Origin: Phoronis australis
Taxonomy: Eukaryota; Animalia; Phoronida
DNA length: 64,000 nt
Assembly (NCBI GenBank): GCA_002633005.1
Contig: NMRA01000367.1
Location: forward strand, 336,762-400,761
Direction: 5' to 3'
This document shows, in pieces, positions 14,301 to 29,300 of the stretch (position 1 is the stretch's first letter; every line of letters begins with the position of its first letter). Below the pieces are notes generated by a model. The model was not told where the DNA came from. It saw only the letters and a program-made list of their open reading frames with translations, and did not search any database. The translations under genes and the position numbers were made by a program.

Positions 14301-17300
14301 GTAGTACCTCCGAAGGGGGCTTGTGTCACTCCTTGAGTCCTGATGTGCTTCGCGTGTTTGTTCAGTCACTGCTTTAAGTCTGACCTTGACACTGCCTGAG
14401 GTGTACCCCAGCAATGTTCATATTACCAACATCCTTGTGTTAATGAGACTATTACTGACTAAATGTTATTTCATTGTAAATTGATAGTTCTATAGTTCAT
14501 TAACCATTCCTTTCATTTGTTGTTATCTATGTTTACAATGATATCTCTATATTTACAGGCTTCAGCTAGATACCTAACTTCTTACACAACTTAAAATGAT
14601 TAATAATGATTAATACTTTTTCATTATCCCAACATGTTGCATTTCAGGTTGTGCTTGACTTCTATTATTTATGTTGACACTGCGTCCATTATTGTATTCA
14701 ATCTGGTATTATTTGTGTTTACACTGTGTTCATTATTGTATTCAATCTGGTATTATTTGTGTTTACACTGTGTTCATTATTGTATTCAATCTGGTATTAT
14801 TTGTGTTTACACTGTGTTCATTATTGTATTCAATCCGGTATTACTTATGTTGGGACTGCATTTATTTTTGAATTCAGCAATAGTCATATTTAAGGTGCCC
14901 AATTTGATTCAGGTATTCAGTGAAGAACACTAGTCAAAATGTGGCATGTTATATCCAACTATAAACTTGTATTCAATCTGGTTATTACAGTTTCTATGCT
15001 GTTCCACTTGACTGCTGGTATACCATAATCACTACTGAACTCAAGATACAAAATACAATTATAAAATCAAGATAGCAAACAGTTATAGACTGTGTGACAC
15101 TACATCTTTTTTCAACCTTTGTTTAACTTTGGCCTGTGTTGTGGCTGGAGGAGTGTTGAAGTGATTTTGAACATGTTATGGATTTGAAGGGTAAAATGTT
15201 CCCATTTCAGCCACTGCTAATGGATGACTGCGGTAGAAACCTGGAGTGCATTACTAGAAGCTGTCTTTGATAAAACAAAGAAATAAAATTGCCATATCGT
15301 GTACTGATTATATAGACAGNTTACACTGTGTTCATTATTGTATTCAATCTGGTATTATTTGTGTTTACACTGTGTTCATTATTGTATTCAATCTGGTATT
15401 ATTTGTGTTTACACTGTGTTCATTATTGTATTCAATCTGGTATTATTTGTGTTTACACTGTGTTCATTATTGTATTCAATCTGGTATTATTTGTGTTTAC
15501 ACTGTGTTCATTATTGTATTCAATCTGGTATTATTTGTGTTTACACTGTGTTCATTATTGTATTCAATCTGGTATTATTTGTGTTTACACTGTGTTCATT
15601 ATTGTATTCAATCTGGTATTATTTGTGTTTACACTGTGTTCATTATTGTATTCAATGAGGTATTACTTATGTTGGGACTGCATTTATTTTTGAATTCAGC
15701 AATAGTCATATTTAAGGTGCCCAATTTGATTCAGTTATTCAGTGAAGAACACTAGTCAAAATGTGGCATATTATATCCAACTATAAACTTGTATTCAATC
15801 TGGTTATTACAGTTTCTATGCTGTTCTACTTGACTGCTGGTATACCATAATCACTACTGAACTCAAGATACAAAATACAATTATAAAATCAAGATAGCAA
15901 ACAGTTACAGACTGTGTGACACTACATCTTTTTTCAACCTTTGTTTAACTTTGGCCTGTGTTGTGGCTAGAGGAGTGTTGAAGTGATTTTGAACATGTTA
16001 TGGATTTGAAGAGTAAAATGTTCCCATTTCAGCCACTGCTAATGGATGACTGCGGTGGAAACCTGGAGTGCATTACTAGAAGCTGTCTTTGATAAAACAA
16101 AGAAATAAAATTGCCATATCGTGTACTGATTATACAGACAGATTCCATTACCATATTCCCAAGCCACTATCAGTATTTGCTCATTCATGTCACAGGGCCT
16201 ACATCATCACCTAGTAAAGTCAATTATGGAAGTTGTTATAAGTCTGCTGTGAGCCCTGTAGATGTTACTGGAGGACAACAGAGGCCCTCTGTGTAGCCCT
16301 GACTCACAGCCATATTCTCCCACACTCTCCTGTGTTGTGAATATAGCCCACACCTCACACAGGCATCATTTACTCTGCACTTGATTCATTTCCCAGAATC
16401 TGCTGCACTCCTAATGAGTATTTTAAAGCCATCAACAGAGGATTGAGTACACTAGTATACACACCTGTCCTCTCTGGTACAACTCACTCACTACTTTTAA
16501 GTTAAGTAGTATACAACCAGTTGGTTTGTTTACATTTACTGAAAGGTATTGATTTAAGGAAACTTCTTTTAACAATTGTTTTTATCACCACGCCAGGTTG
16601 TTGAAAATTATGACGCGCGCACACACATACACATTTCACACCTATGGTAAAACCGACAACTACGTGGGGAATACCAACTTGGCAAGCTAGTGACTTGTAC
16701 AATCACAGCAGGAGCACTTGGTGCCTTGAGACAGTTTAATTTAGTTTGCTGGGGTCTAGAAGAACACATAGAGATATTGATTATGGAAAACTAGTGCATG
16801 TGGAAATATGTTGACAAAGGGTCTGTGTACCATCAATATAGTTGTGTATTATGTCAACATTAAGCAGTGGGCTTATTAACTAGATATTGCATTTGATATT
16901 GATGATTGTGGTTTGAAGTGTGTACTTTTGTTAGCCCACATTATCAGTTGAACAGTGAGAAGTCTTAACAAATACATAATATACACTGTCACATTTATAA
17001 TGTGGAAATAAAATAAAACCTTGTATTCTTATAATTTCTATTATTGCTGCATTTGAATGTAAACACACACACCATTGAAAACTGCACTTAATTCAGTCTG
17101 TCCATAACATTATTCTAAAATATAGAAATGATTGAATAATTCTCTTCATGTAGACCATGATTACACGTGTAATGAATTCTGTATTCCACATTTTGAACTC
17201 TTAATTCTTTGCTAAATTTCAAGTTACTTACTTAAGCAAGTTAAGTTGCCTCAGGTGCCAGCCTTGATATTGAGTGACTCTAACAATTGAGTGGCTTAAT

Positions 17301-20300
17301 TCATTCATTAGACATTCATTAGTTTTCCCTGGACGCTCATTAAGTACACTAATGGACCTTAGTATTACATCTCAAGAGACAAAACAGTTCAAGAACAAGC
17401 GGTGCTTGCATATCACCAATCTTTTTTCAATTCATTGATGTTTTTTGAGGTAGTATTATCCTTAAGCTGTCTGTCATATTTTTTCTTGATATGGGCCATT
17501 AAATATTTTCTATATTTTCTTTATTTAGTTGTATTGTAGAGACAACCTCCTTTGGCATAAATCAGTTCCTATTTGATTTAGTCAATCATAGATCTTCATA
17601 TTCCTGCAGCAGTCAAGGGGTAACAAACCACTTTGGTTTATACCCGTGTCCTATTGACTTCATTTTTTTCTTTTTCAGGTACAAAATATGTTCGGTTATT
17701 GTCGTATTTTGTAATTGTCTACTTTATTCTGTTGTATTTTACATTTTGTGTTGCATCTTGCTTGTTTGAAATTTAGTTTGTTGTGTTTGTTGAATCTTGT
17801 TTGCTACGCTTCTATGTTTTTGATTGGTTGAAATTTGACAGTCGCTGTGATTGTTTATTTGGAAAGCTTCCTCCCTTGAGTAATTTGTAGTGGTAAAGTA
17901 GTAAAGTTGATAGGTAATGGTCATGTTTAATGATGTCTCTTGTGCATAATCCAATCACTGCTAGTGTTACATATAACCCCAGCATGACCTCCCTGCCAGT
18001 GCACTGATTGGTTGGTTTGTTTTCTTTTTGCACGTGCAGTCCGTCGAGTGCCTCCTCATTTCTCCATCGCTCCTGAGAACGTGGACGTAATGCCAGGAGG
18101 TGATGTCAACATTTCCTGCGTTGCTGTGGGCTCCCCAATGCCTACAGTTCGCTGGCGTGTTGGAGGTACAGACATTGACCAAGGCAGTTTGACTCCACCT
18201 GTTGGCCGTAACATCCTGAAGCTACGTAATGTACAACAGAGCAGAAACTACACCTGTATAGCTGTGTCAGAGTTAGGTCGAGTGGAGTCGGTGGCCTTAG
18301 TACAGGTCAAAGGTCAGTCAATCCTATGTACTAACATTTCCCTTTTGTTTGTAGCTGAGTGGATATGTTATTAAACTAATGTGTTTTAATGAGTGCATAC
18401 ATATATAAAGAGGCACAAGGTAATTATAAGTCAATTCCGGAAAATTCAGGTTACGTTACAGTTATCTGGATGTAGCAGCTTCTTGTATTCACTTCCACGT
18501 GGAGATTGGTTTATACATTAATGTGGTTTATATATCAATGCACTTGATATTTTGAATGTTGTCTTTAAACAATGTAAATATTATGTATAAAGCATTTATT
18601 GTCGTTGTTTTGTAAGCTTTTTCTGTTTGCATGTGTCTGTGTCTGATAATGCTGTTTCAAAGTATGTTTTCCGTAAACACAGTATGCCATGTTGGAACTG
18701 TGCATCATCAGCGCCTCCTGTGGGTAAAATGAGTTATTGTTTCGGTACTCTCCAGTCCCTGTTTAATGTGTTGCATGATTATCAGTCAAAGCGGAGCTCA
18801 TTGTCAGTGATCTCGGCTTGGTTGTTAAGCATGGCTTCTAAACGGATCTGTCAGTGCTTGGATTGTTAGCATTGTATAGATAGCATGATATACAATATGA
18901 CAAGTACAAGATGTTGTATAGATAGCATGATATACAATATGACAAGTACAAGATGTTGTATGGACAGAGGACTAGGGTTGTCATCAGTAGAGCATTGAAT
19001 ACACATTATCAGTTTGTGTGTGTGTTTGTGTGTGCGTGTGTGTGTGCGTGTGTGCATGTTTGTAGTGACTGTACAACATGTATGGACTATACAGTAAAAC
19101 TAACCAAATGTAAACTCGCACTCATTGGAATGCCAGTGCTTCAATGTTCTGCAACACATCCTGCACCCACTGATTAGCAATTTTTCTGTTGGATGAGAGA
19201 ATGAACCTCTACTGCCACCTTGTGGTGGTCTGCTCAAGTATTACTACAGGTCTAATGCTACAGCCTGGTTAATGGCATGGTTTGGATTGGTTTCGATACA
19301 CTGTTGGTAATCTCTAAGTGAATGAAGCTAGACTGAACTAAAACTAGCATGAAACTGAAGGCAGCTGATGGTTGATGAGAACTAATATTATAATGATGAT
19401 ATTGTGCGTGAAGAGTTGATAGAAAGCATGGCTAAAGCTTGCCTGAATGGAGTGTGTTTCGCATGCAAACTAGTTTACCTATACATTATACGGTAGTTAA
19501 CCTATACATTATACATTATAGTTAACCTTGATACTCTAAAAGTAAGATCTCACCTTGTCGACTAAACATGGCAAACAGAAAACGTGTACATTGTAGTTAA
19601 CCTTGATATTCTGCAAGTAAGGTATCACATTGTGAACTAAATACAGTACACAGACAACATATTCACTGTAGTTAACTGTTAACCTCAATACACTATGGTT
19701 AACCTTATATTAAAGAAGGACTTGTCTGTTTAGCCAAATATGTCGCACAGACAACATATTCACTGTAGTTAACCTTGATGCCCTAATAAAAGTGAAATAT
19801 CTCCATGTCAACAAAATGTGGTAGATCCATAAGTTAGTGCACACTGTAGTTAACCTTGATACTGTAGGAGTAAGGCTTACCTGCTCAACTAATGGGGGTA
19901 CACTTAGGGGTCCAGTCTCATAGCTGAACTGAAATTGATCATTGATCAAGTGCCTTCTGTCATGACTAATTACTGCAATACAATAACTCACAACACGTCA
20001 TGACTAATTACTGCAATACAATAACTCACAACAGGTCATGACTAATTACTGCAATACAATAACTCACAACACTTCATGACTAATTACTGCAATACAATAA
20101 CTCACAACACTTCATGACTAATTACTGCAGTACAATAANNNNNNNNNNNNNNNNNNNNNNNNNNNNNNNNNNNNNNNNNNNNNNNNNNNNNNNNNNNNNN
20201 NNNNNNNNNNNNNNNNNNNNNNNNNNNNNNNNNNNNNNNNNNNNNNNNNNNNNNNNNNNNNNNNNNNNNNNNNNNNNNNNNNNNNNNNNNNNNNNNNNNN

Positions 20301-23300
20301 NNNNNNNNNNNNNNNNNNNNNNNNNNNNNNNNNNNNNNNNNNNNNNNNNNNNNNNNNNNNNNNNNNNNNNNNNNNNNNNNNNNNNNNNNNNNNNNNNNNN
20401 NNNNNNNNNNNNNNNNNNNNNNNNNNNNNNNNNNNNNNNNNNNNNNNNNNNNNNNNNNNNNNNNNNNNNNNNNNNNNNNNNNNNNNNNNNNNNNNNNNNN
20501 NNNNNNNNNNNNNNNNNNNNNNNNNNNNNNNNNNNNNNNNNNNNNNNNNNNNNNNNNNNNNNNNNNNNNNNNNNNNNNNNNNNNNNNNNNNNNNNNNNNN
20601 NNNNNNNNNNNNNNNNNNNNNNNNNNNNNNNNNNNNNNNNNNNNNNNNNNNNNNNNNNNNNNNNNNNNNNNNNNNNNNNNNNNNNNNNNNNNNNNNNNNN
20701 NNNNNNNNNNNNNNNNNNNNNNNNNNNNNNNNNNNNNNNNNNNNNNNNNNNNNNNNNNNNNNNNNATGATGTGTGGTTTATATTTTGACAACAGGTGTCA
20801 CTGCTGCTCCATTTTAGACGCACATAGAAAAGCATGAAACAGGCGAAAACTCAAACATTTTAAATGGGGATATTCTTGCGGCACATCATATTATTAAAGT
20901 AATGACATTTATTTTGCTTTTGGTATTTTTAAAAAAAGATGAAGTACATGAAATTACAGCTCTGCAATACCAGTTTGGAGTTAAGCAAGGTCCATGTCCC
21001 TATATAAAGTACAGAATGACAGTGGCATGTGAATTTATTGAAAGCAGACATTCTGGCAACCAACCACGTGCTAATGATTGACAGGTCTACCAAGTAGTTT
21101 GAAAATAGTTTGAATATTGCAACATTTTAAATACTTTGTATATCTCTTTCCCAGTTGAAAGGGCCAACTTCCCAATTTGATTAAGTGGGAGTTTTAGTAA
21201 TCTTTCAATGTGGGTGTCCAAACTGGAGAAATTCTGATTGACAGGGCGTCCAAATGATACATTGGGCGTCCTTGTCAGGGCGTCTACATTAGTGCTAGGG
21301 CGTCCAAATGGACGCCCAGGACATACGCTGCATGAAGGCCTGCCGACTGTCTATACGCATATACGGTAGTCATAACGTGACTCGCACCTTACACACATAC
21401 TGTAGTTATAGTGTGACCGTCGCACTGTACACGCATACTGTAGTCATAGTGTTATACACACATGTTGTAGTAATAGTGTGACTCTCAATCTACACACATA
21501 CTGTAGTCACAGTTTGACTGTCTCACTATACACACATACTATAGTCACAGTGTGACTGTCTCACTATACACACATACTATAGTCACAGTGTGACTGTCTC
21601 ACTATACACACGTACTATAGTCATAGTGTGACCGTCGCACCATGCACACATACTGCAGTCAAAAGTCTGGTTATGGCTTCTTGCAACTTATTGTCTTATG
21701 AGCTGTTTGTGATCTGGTGCCTGTATCACTGGCCTTGAGAAGGTATCAAATGCCTGTCTTGAGTTCCGACATGTTTCAAGAAGCATAGCGCTATTACTGG
21801 CCTTGACGAGGTATGAGATGGCAGCCTTGAGTTTGAGATACACAAAGCATGAGAAACACTTGAGGTGAATAGGGTTAGGTATGAAATTAGAAAAACAGAA
21901 CTGACCTAGTTGCCATCCTTATACAGTGTGGAATGCTTTCAGCTATTGCTTTCTAACTAGCACTGCAGACACACTAGAGCTTGTTACTAACTCTAATAGG
22001 AAGCATTAACCACTAAGCGTTGATGTTCCTTTGTTAAAGATCCACAGAAAGCAGCAACACTTGACTTGCTAATGGACATTTTGTTGTTTCAGCTTCTGTG
22101 CTATGTTGATTGTTTACAACTGTTTCCTAGCACTCCTGGTCAACATGGGGTCACTGATTGCTGTAGAGAGGGTCAAGGTCACTTCATACGTTAATGTCTG
22201 CTCTGTGTCAGTGTCCATTTTATTGCTTTCCTCATGTGTCTGTCCTGTTTTTCACGCCATGTTAATGTCGCTGTCACTTGTTATCTCCGTAGCCTTCCCA
22301 CCAGCCCCAGTTGACTTGGCTACGTCAGACATTACTGATTCGTCCATCAAACTGAGCTGGTTACCTGGCAACAGTGATCCCGTCCTCTTCTACACGGTCT
22401 ACTATAAGAAAAAGCATGATCCATCGCAGACCACTGAGTCGATAGACCGAGTGAGGTCTACGCAGTACACTATAACTGGCCTACAACCGTATACCCAATA
22501 TGTGTTCAAAGTTAAAGCTTCCAATAACATTGGCCCAGGTATAGCCAGTGCACCTCTCGATGGACTGACTGGGGAGAGGGGTTAGTATGGTTGCATCGTG
22601 CATGTGCACGCGTCCGTCTCACCCATAACTAACTGCCGGATCAGTTCGAGAGAACACTCATGTTGATATAGTTTTCTGTTACAACGTGTGTGCGTGACAC
22701 CTCCTACCCCCTTGTGCACTTTTCATGTGTGAACGCGACGGCTCGCTCGCAGATTTCGTAGATGCTATTACATCACCACTCGTGCTTTTCACTGCTTATC
22801 CACTGATCATCTTGTGTCTTCCTTATGTTTCTGTTGTGTGTCAGTGTGCTTATACCTAACCCTTGCTGCAGACAGTTTAGAACATAACTTCTAGGCATAC
22901 ACCAAACCAACTAGTTCCAATCGACACAAATAAATAATTCCATGATCTTCTCTATTACACAGCTGATGGCAGTGAAGGTAATGCTTTAATGGCAAACCCA
23001 TAGGAATGGTTGTCTGACTTAAGTTTTAGACTGTATAATTGTTGTTCATTTTCAAATTGCACCACAGGTCATAAGTTGATAGACTCCTTTTGTTCTCATT
23101 CTGCCTGGACTAGTCATGTATGTCGGCTGAGAACGTTCCTAATTTGGTCATGGCTTCAATTGTTGAACTAAGTTTTGCACCCCTATGTGGGACTGCATGA
23201 TGAGAGTGAAAAGTCACGTTGTCCAGCGTGCTGATTGGTCAACACTTTATGCCGCGTTCTGGAGCATGAACGTTGGTTGTTAGAGGTTGTCTTCATTTCA

Positions 23301-26300
23301 GTCTTCTTGCTAAAATCTTAACAAAATTTTCAAAATGGCCCGTTTCTTATTTTTCAAGGACTTTGGATTTGTTTTGAATTCCATAATTTGTCAAAACATT
23401 GTTAATGGTAGAAATGATAAGTGTTTGCTCTCAACAGCAATTTTGCATCATTTTATCAATAGATTGTTGTTTCTCGCACAGTTTTGTTATAACAGCCTAC
23501 AAATCCCACAATGCCCTTTGTTCTCTAGATAGGGAAATTAAAATCAAATGATCATCGCCAGTTACCACCCAAGGCAACACTGTTGAGAGGGAGTGTTCCA
23601 TGTGTACTATGCTATTTACCAATTCAACTTGATAAATACCGTATTCATCCTAATAAATGCCCAGGGCGCTTAGAAAAACTCGCTCCAGGAAGGGGGCCCA
23701 AAGTTATTGAAACCCAGTCTTTGAAACAGGTGAAATCATAAGCTAGAATTCATAAAATTTACGCTCAGTGATGCATCTGTAACCTATGGCAGAGTTTCTA
23801 CAAAACTGCCGTGCATTGCTATCAAACTTTGTTGTTAAATTTCGAGCATTTTTCAGAAAGTCCCAGTGTGAAAACTCGCGGACTGATGCGTCGCTGCCTC
23901 GCAATCGCCGATAAGTCAACTTGAATTCTTGAGTAAAAATATAGTTTCGACTCAACAAATTACCTGAAGTCATCCTTAAGTTTTCAAAATAGCGTCCTAA
24001 CGTTTTTAAGTTCCTGTGGAGTCGGGATTAACTGCATGTTAAGTCCAAATCTGTGCTAGATTATGCTCCACAACACGACAAAATCTCTTGACGAACACAC
24101 GTGTTGTCACGTGATGTTTGAAGTTCGTCTGCGTGTGTGAGTGAGCGAGCGCGTGCGTGTCATCTGAGTTCATTTGCCAGAGTAAATGCGATGTAACGAT
24201 CTGGTTGTGCATTGTAACAAAAGAAATTAACTCAAGCAATAAAGCAGAACATGTTTTATTTAGCACTTGTTGATCTCGTCTGCTCAAAACGTTCGAGAAT
24301 TGTCTCGGTAAGGCCGATATCGAGTTGCCGGGTGACTGGATGCGTTACAGTCGAACAGTTATTTTTTGGGAGATTCGGAGGGTATAAGGGTGCGGAAGTG
24401 TTCACTATCAGTGGGTCATTTTGACTTCAAAATTACCAATTACGATTAATTTAATAAGTCATCCTAAAAATAACGCAAACGTTTTTTTACGGTATTAAAA
24501 CTTTTGAAAATAAGTGTTTATTTCTTGCCGATGCTATGCTACCTGTTTCATGAATAGATAGCTCCTGAAGACTAATGTCTTCAATGACAGGTACATGTAT
24601 GAAGTGCGCGCTTGCTGGCTACGTGCTTTAAACAAAAGGTCAAGTTTTTATTAGTCTTTGATTTGCGGTTTTCACGTATACAAAGAAATTTGGATTCCTG
24701 TTGAGGGAGAAGATCTGGGCGGGAAAGATACAATACAATTCCGTTGACAGGTTTGCTACATCTGTTCTGAAAGACCAGACCGTAATAGGATACATCCCTC
24801 ACATGATCAGCAAAACGTTTGCGTTCTTTTTGATGCACCGCGGAAGTTTGAAGTGTATAGTCACGGCTAAATACCGACATAGCGGTGAGGCTCATGGTCC
24901 ACAAATTCCGCGCACAATCATTTTTTCAGGACTGTCGGGTCTTATTGATAAATTGAAGACGTTACTGTAGAATTTTAGAACTGTAGATAAGGCATTTTTC
25001 GCATGTTCAGCGGCGTTCATGGACTGGGCGCTTGTTTTAGTAAAGCCCGAAAACATGTTGGGACGCTTATAAGAGTATGGGTGCTTATTAGGGCGAATAC
25101 GGTAAACTCTTTCACCTTTGAGTTCAGTGATACTACCTATATTGAATACTGAAGTGACACTTATACTGGTTTAAGGAAATCGAAGTAATTCTTTGCAAAA
25201 AAGGTTTATAGGGACAATTATACAATTTCTATGGTGAATTTTCAGTTCCTTGCATTTTAAATCTTAATTCTGCATGCAACTCTTGTGTAGAAATTATAGG
25301 TTAACATGTCTTGAGTTGACACCTAGAGACTAGACTAGTGTCATAAAGTGTCACTGAATAACGAGTTCGTGAACTACCAATGTAGTGTATTCACTGCATA
25401 TCATGTACATAAATTCCTCCTTAAAAAGTTAATTTGACGTTACTTTTCATTTATGAAAAGCAAGCAAAATAAATTGCCTCTTGTTCATTTGGTGAGATAT
25501 AACCCAGGCAAGTCAAATGTTGACTAGTAGTCGAAGTAAGTGAATCAGTTACAGGAACTTTATGAGAAGGATACTTCTGAATTACCGTAAACGTTCAGGT
25601 TAATGCCCTGGCTGGTTAAATTGGCAAACCCAAGAATTCGTGGATGGGCGGTTAATCAGACTTGGGCGCTTAAACGTGAAATTTCAAGAAATCCTGGGGT
25701 GGGCGGTAAACTGAATATGGGCGCTTATTATGACAGACAACCGCCCTCGGGGGTTAATCTTACCTCATGATCTAAGTCCCCACACGACACACGTACTCGG
25801 AATGCATAGCACTTTTCCAAGAGCTTTATCTTCACGTCGCCAAATGACGGTAAAAACATCATAACAGCGGCTGATCCCATTAAAGGTTCTCTTGCCCTCA
25901 GATTAGTCATTCACTATTAAATTTACAAAATTGCTGAGTAATATCCCCATGCTGTCCTGCGGTCTTGTTACTTTGTTAGATCTGTACGCATACCAGTCAG
26001 TACACACAGCTTCCACTTGGGTTGCAACTATTTCAAGATGTGACCTTGTTAAAGTGCGCGCGTGCTAGCTTCACCTGTTGCAGAGGTCACAGCAGACATC
26101 AAATTTATGGTTACACTCTGGTGCTAGCTGTCAAGTTATGAGTCAGAGAGCAGTTTTAAAATTAGTTGTATTAAAAGTTTGAAAAACGTAATTCATTTCA
26201 GATGTTTTTTTTGTGTTTGGGATGTTTATAGTCAACACGCTGTGACTCAAGGACATTTTCAGTGTATGGTTCTGCGGCTCACTGTTTTATCTCGACCACC

Positions 26301-29300
26301 TGGAATTGCTCGGCAAAGAAGTAAGACAAGAATCGGTGGTAAGCGGATGTGAGCCAGTCGTCAATCAATAAAATTTCGAGCCGCGGCGTATGTGATAAAA
26401 CATCACAAAACAGCGATGTTTCAATTCATGCTTAAATGATCACCTTACCAAACTTCGTGGTGGAAAAACATTTATTTTACATGCAAGATGTCCAGATTAT
26501 CCTATTATAATGTCACCTACAATGTCGCACTGCGGCACTGTTTGGTCCTGCTGTTTGCGGGCAATGTCTGTTGGCTGACAATCGTGAGTTGGAAATGCCG
26601 TCTAGTAATATAACGGCCTCTTTTAATATGCATCTTGTTTTTTATGGCCAAAGATAGCGGTGGGATTCAGCACGCACGTAGGGCCTACGTATGAGTCACC
26701 TGTCAATCACATGTTGGTGTCGAGGTAACATGCACTCCAAAGTGTGGGAACTTACGCGTGTGCACTACTACAAAGTCGCACATCAAAAGAGAACGGCAAC
26801 AGTCCTAAGTAACCGAAATGGGGGCGACTATGTACTTACTTACGAAAGACCCAGTGCTTTACGATATTCCTTCATTCCAATGTTACCCAAAACTTTGATG
26901 TCAAGTCAATTCCAATATTTCGCAGCTCGATGTTCCCTAGGTCCAATGTGCCATGCCCGTAGCTAGCTGCGAGCACCTCCTACCCACTATTGCCAATTTT
27001 CCGTCAGTCTACGCCGTAGATATTTCAGACTCGAATGGTAAGAATTTTTGTTTAGGCTGAAACTGGCCAATGTATTAACAAAATTATTCTGGATGGATAA
27101 AAAGGGAATTTGGAAACAGTAATTCACACTGTCACGCCTACGTGGGTGCTGACGTAAGAAATCATAGTAAAGAACAGCCAGCGACATCAGTTAAATTTGC
27201 TAACGCCAGTTTGACTGCAATGCAATAAGCAAAAAGCAAAATTTGACTAGCTGTTTTTTATTACCGCAAGATCATAAACAACAAACACAGTAACGTTTTG
27301 CCAACCTTTGAATTCAGAAATCGAGAAGCAGCAAATCGGTAACCCAGTAAGGCACACTGTCCCTTCGGTTGTCACACGTCCTCTATAACCCGGCAGTTAC
27401 ATTCATCAAAATAGTGAGAATTTGACATCTTTCCGTGACTTATGGTTGGCAAAACCATTGTTACATTTCTCTGGCCTGCAGACGGAAACTCGGCGCGACA
27501 GACAAAGCCGAGGTTTTGACACCGACGGGGTTCTTAAACTTTACGAACATGGGAAGAAAATAAAGTGACAAAAACATTCAAGTATTATATTTTGAAGTAA
27601 GTCCATGACCCAGGACAATAATTCGTTACTTGTATTGTAATTCACATTGCTAAACCGCCGTCTCGGAGGCCCGGCGTCGTTGCGCTTATTTTGATCATGA
27701 TCTTTATCTAACAGTCGGGGTTTCCTTAGCACTGGGCGCTAAATCTTCTCTCTTTAAAAGTTGGGGATGGGCGGTTAACCGAGAGGTGAGCGCTTAACTG
27801 GAAATCTTCAAAATCACAGGGGGTGCTTAACCGAACAGTGGGCGCTTAAATCGGAAATCCACCTAAAGTTGGGGTTGGATGGCTAAGTGAACATGGGCGT
27901 TAACCCGAACGTTTAAAGTAAATAACCACAATTACATATTAGTAGTTAGTTGTGTGGAAAATGGTGCGTTTGTCAGTTTGCAACATGTAGTGATAATGAT
28001 ATTCATAATATAATAATAATAAAATAATAATGATAATAATAATAACGATGATGAATACTGTAATAGTAACACTGAGGAATAGCTTAGTAATAATGCACCT
28101 AGTACATTGATAGTCACACTTGTTAGTTTTGTTCAGACTAACCACAAGATGTCTCTGAGTGTCTTATTGATCAGTATACTATATTTGTATATGTTTATGT
28201 ATATATGCACTGCACAGAGCTACTTGATTCATACACATGTTCACCCTTCAATTAACTTGACATATTATTTATATAGCCTAGTTTGCATGTATTTCACTCT
28301 CACCTGTCAACATTAGATGTGTCTTCTCACCTGCTGACATCAGAAATAGACCATGTAAACGGATCTCAAACAGTAAAGGTTGGATTCTATAGCTTCATCC
28401 ATGATAAAGAAATGACATCATTGTTAGATTTCAATCACTTGCTCTGTTGGCAGTAAATGTTGATAAGTAAATTTCCCTTACCTGAAGACTGCTCTATAAT
28501 TATTCTGAAACATAGGATGATGTCCATTATCTATAAATAGTTGTACAGTCAGTGGCGCTCTCGGTACATATGTGTACCAGGGTGAAGGTTGCAGCTCTGC
28601 CACCAGGTGTCTCACTTGTATTTATTGCTCCTATAGCCCCAGGCAGTCCACCAAGGAGTATTAAACTGGTTCCCATTTCCTCGACAACACTACTGATTCA
28701 ATGGAGAGAGCCAAGTACTCCAAATGGAGTGATTAAGGTGAGATACATCCAGGTTTTGTGGATGGGAAGGTTGCTCTGGTGATCCGAGGGTGTGACGGAC
28801 TGTTGGAGAAAGGTGTGGTAACCTGAGGGGGGGGTAAGACAGGTGGTGACGGACTGTCAGAGAAAGATGGTTACATGATGGACGAGAAAAACCTGGTGAC
28901 CTTTTTTCAAAGTGAGGGATGGGCGTTAAAATGAGCAACCCTGGTTGTTTGAAGAACTTTACTCAAAAGTTGTGTATTACAATGAGCAGTCAGCGTTAGC
29001 GTGACAGGACCTCACTAATGTAACACACCTGTAGTTTTTGTTAAAAGCATAATTTGTCCTTATAAAAGTTTGTTATACTGTAATGAATTGGGGGGGGCAC
29101 TCATTTCAACCATGAATTCCTATCTTGAAAGACTTGTCTTGGTAATCATTGCTGATGGGGGAGGCAGTGTGGTCTAGTGGGATAACTGTCTACTTCCTTT
29201 ACTGAAGGTCGTGGGTTTGAGTTCCACTGGGGCACACTGCTAGAACCTTGACTCAGGTCTCTAGATTCTCAGCTCAGTTTTAACTATATGTTAATAATGG

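Noticed and set aside
14680-16138. Apparent segmental tandem duplication
   Set aside because: The copies abut a single N (15320) and differ by scattered SNPs and repeat count, typical of unmerged overlapping contigs or alleles.
20102-20835. Three ORFs of more than 220 aa in the ORF track
   Set aside because: They are translations of the N gap.
22131-22292. In-frame 162-nt upstream extension of the FN1 exon (acceptor at 22130)
   Set aside because: It would insert a hydrophobic, Cys-rich stretch that is simply the translated polypyrimidine tract; the canonical Ig3-FN1 junction is complete without it.
29157-29240. Possible tRNA gene
   Set aside because: A and B boxes are present, but the acceptor and anticodon stems do not pair: a SINE relic.
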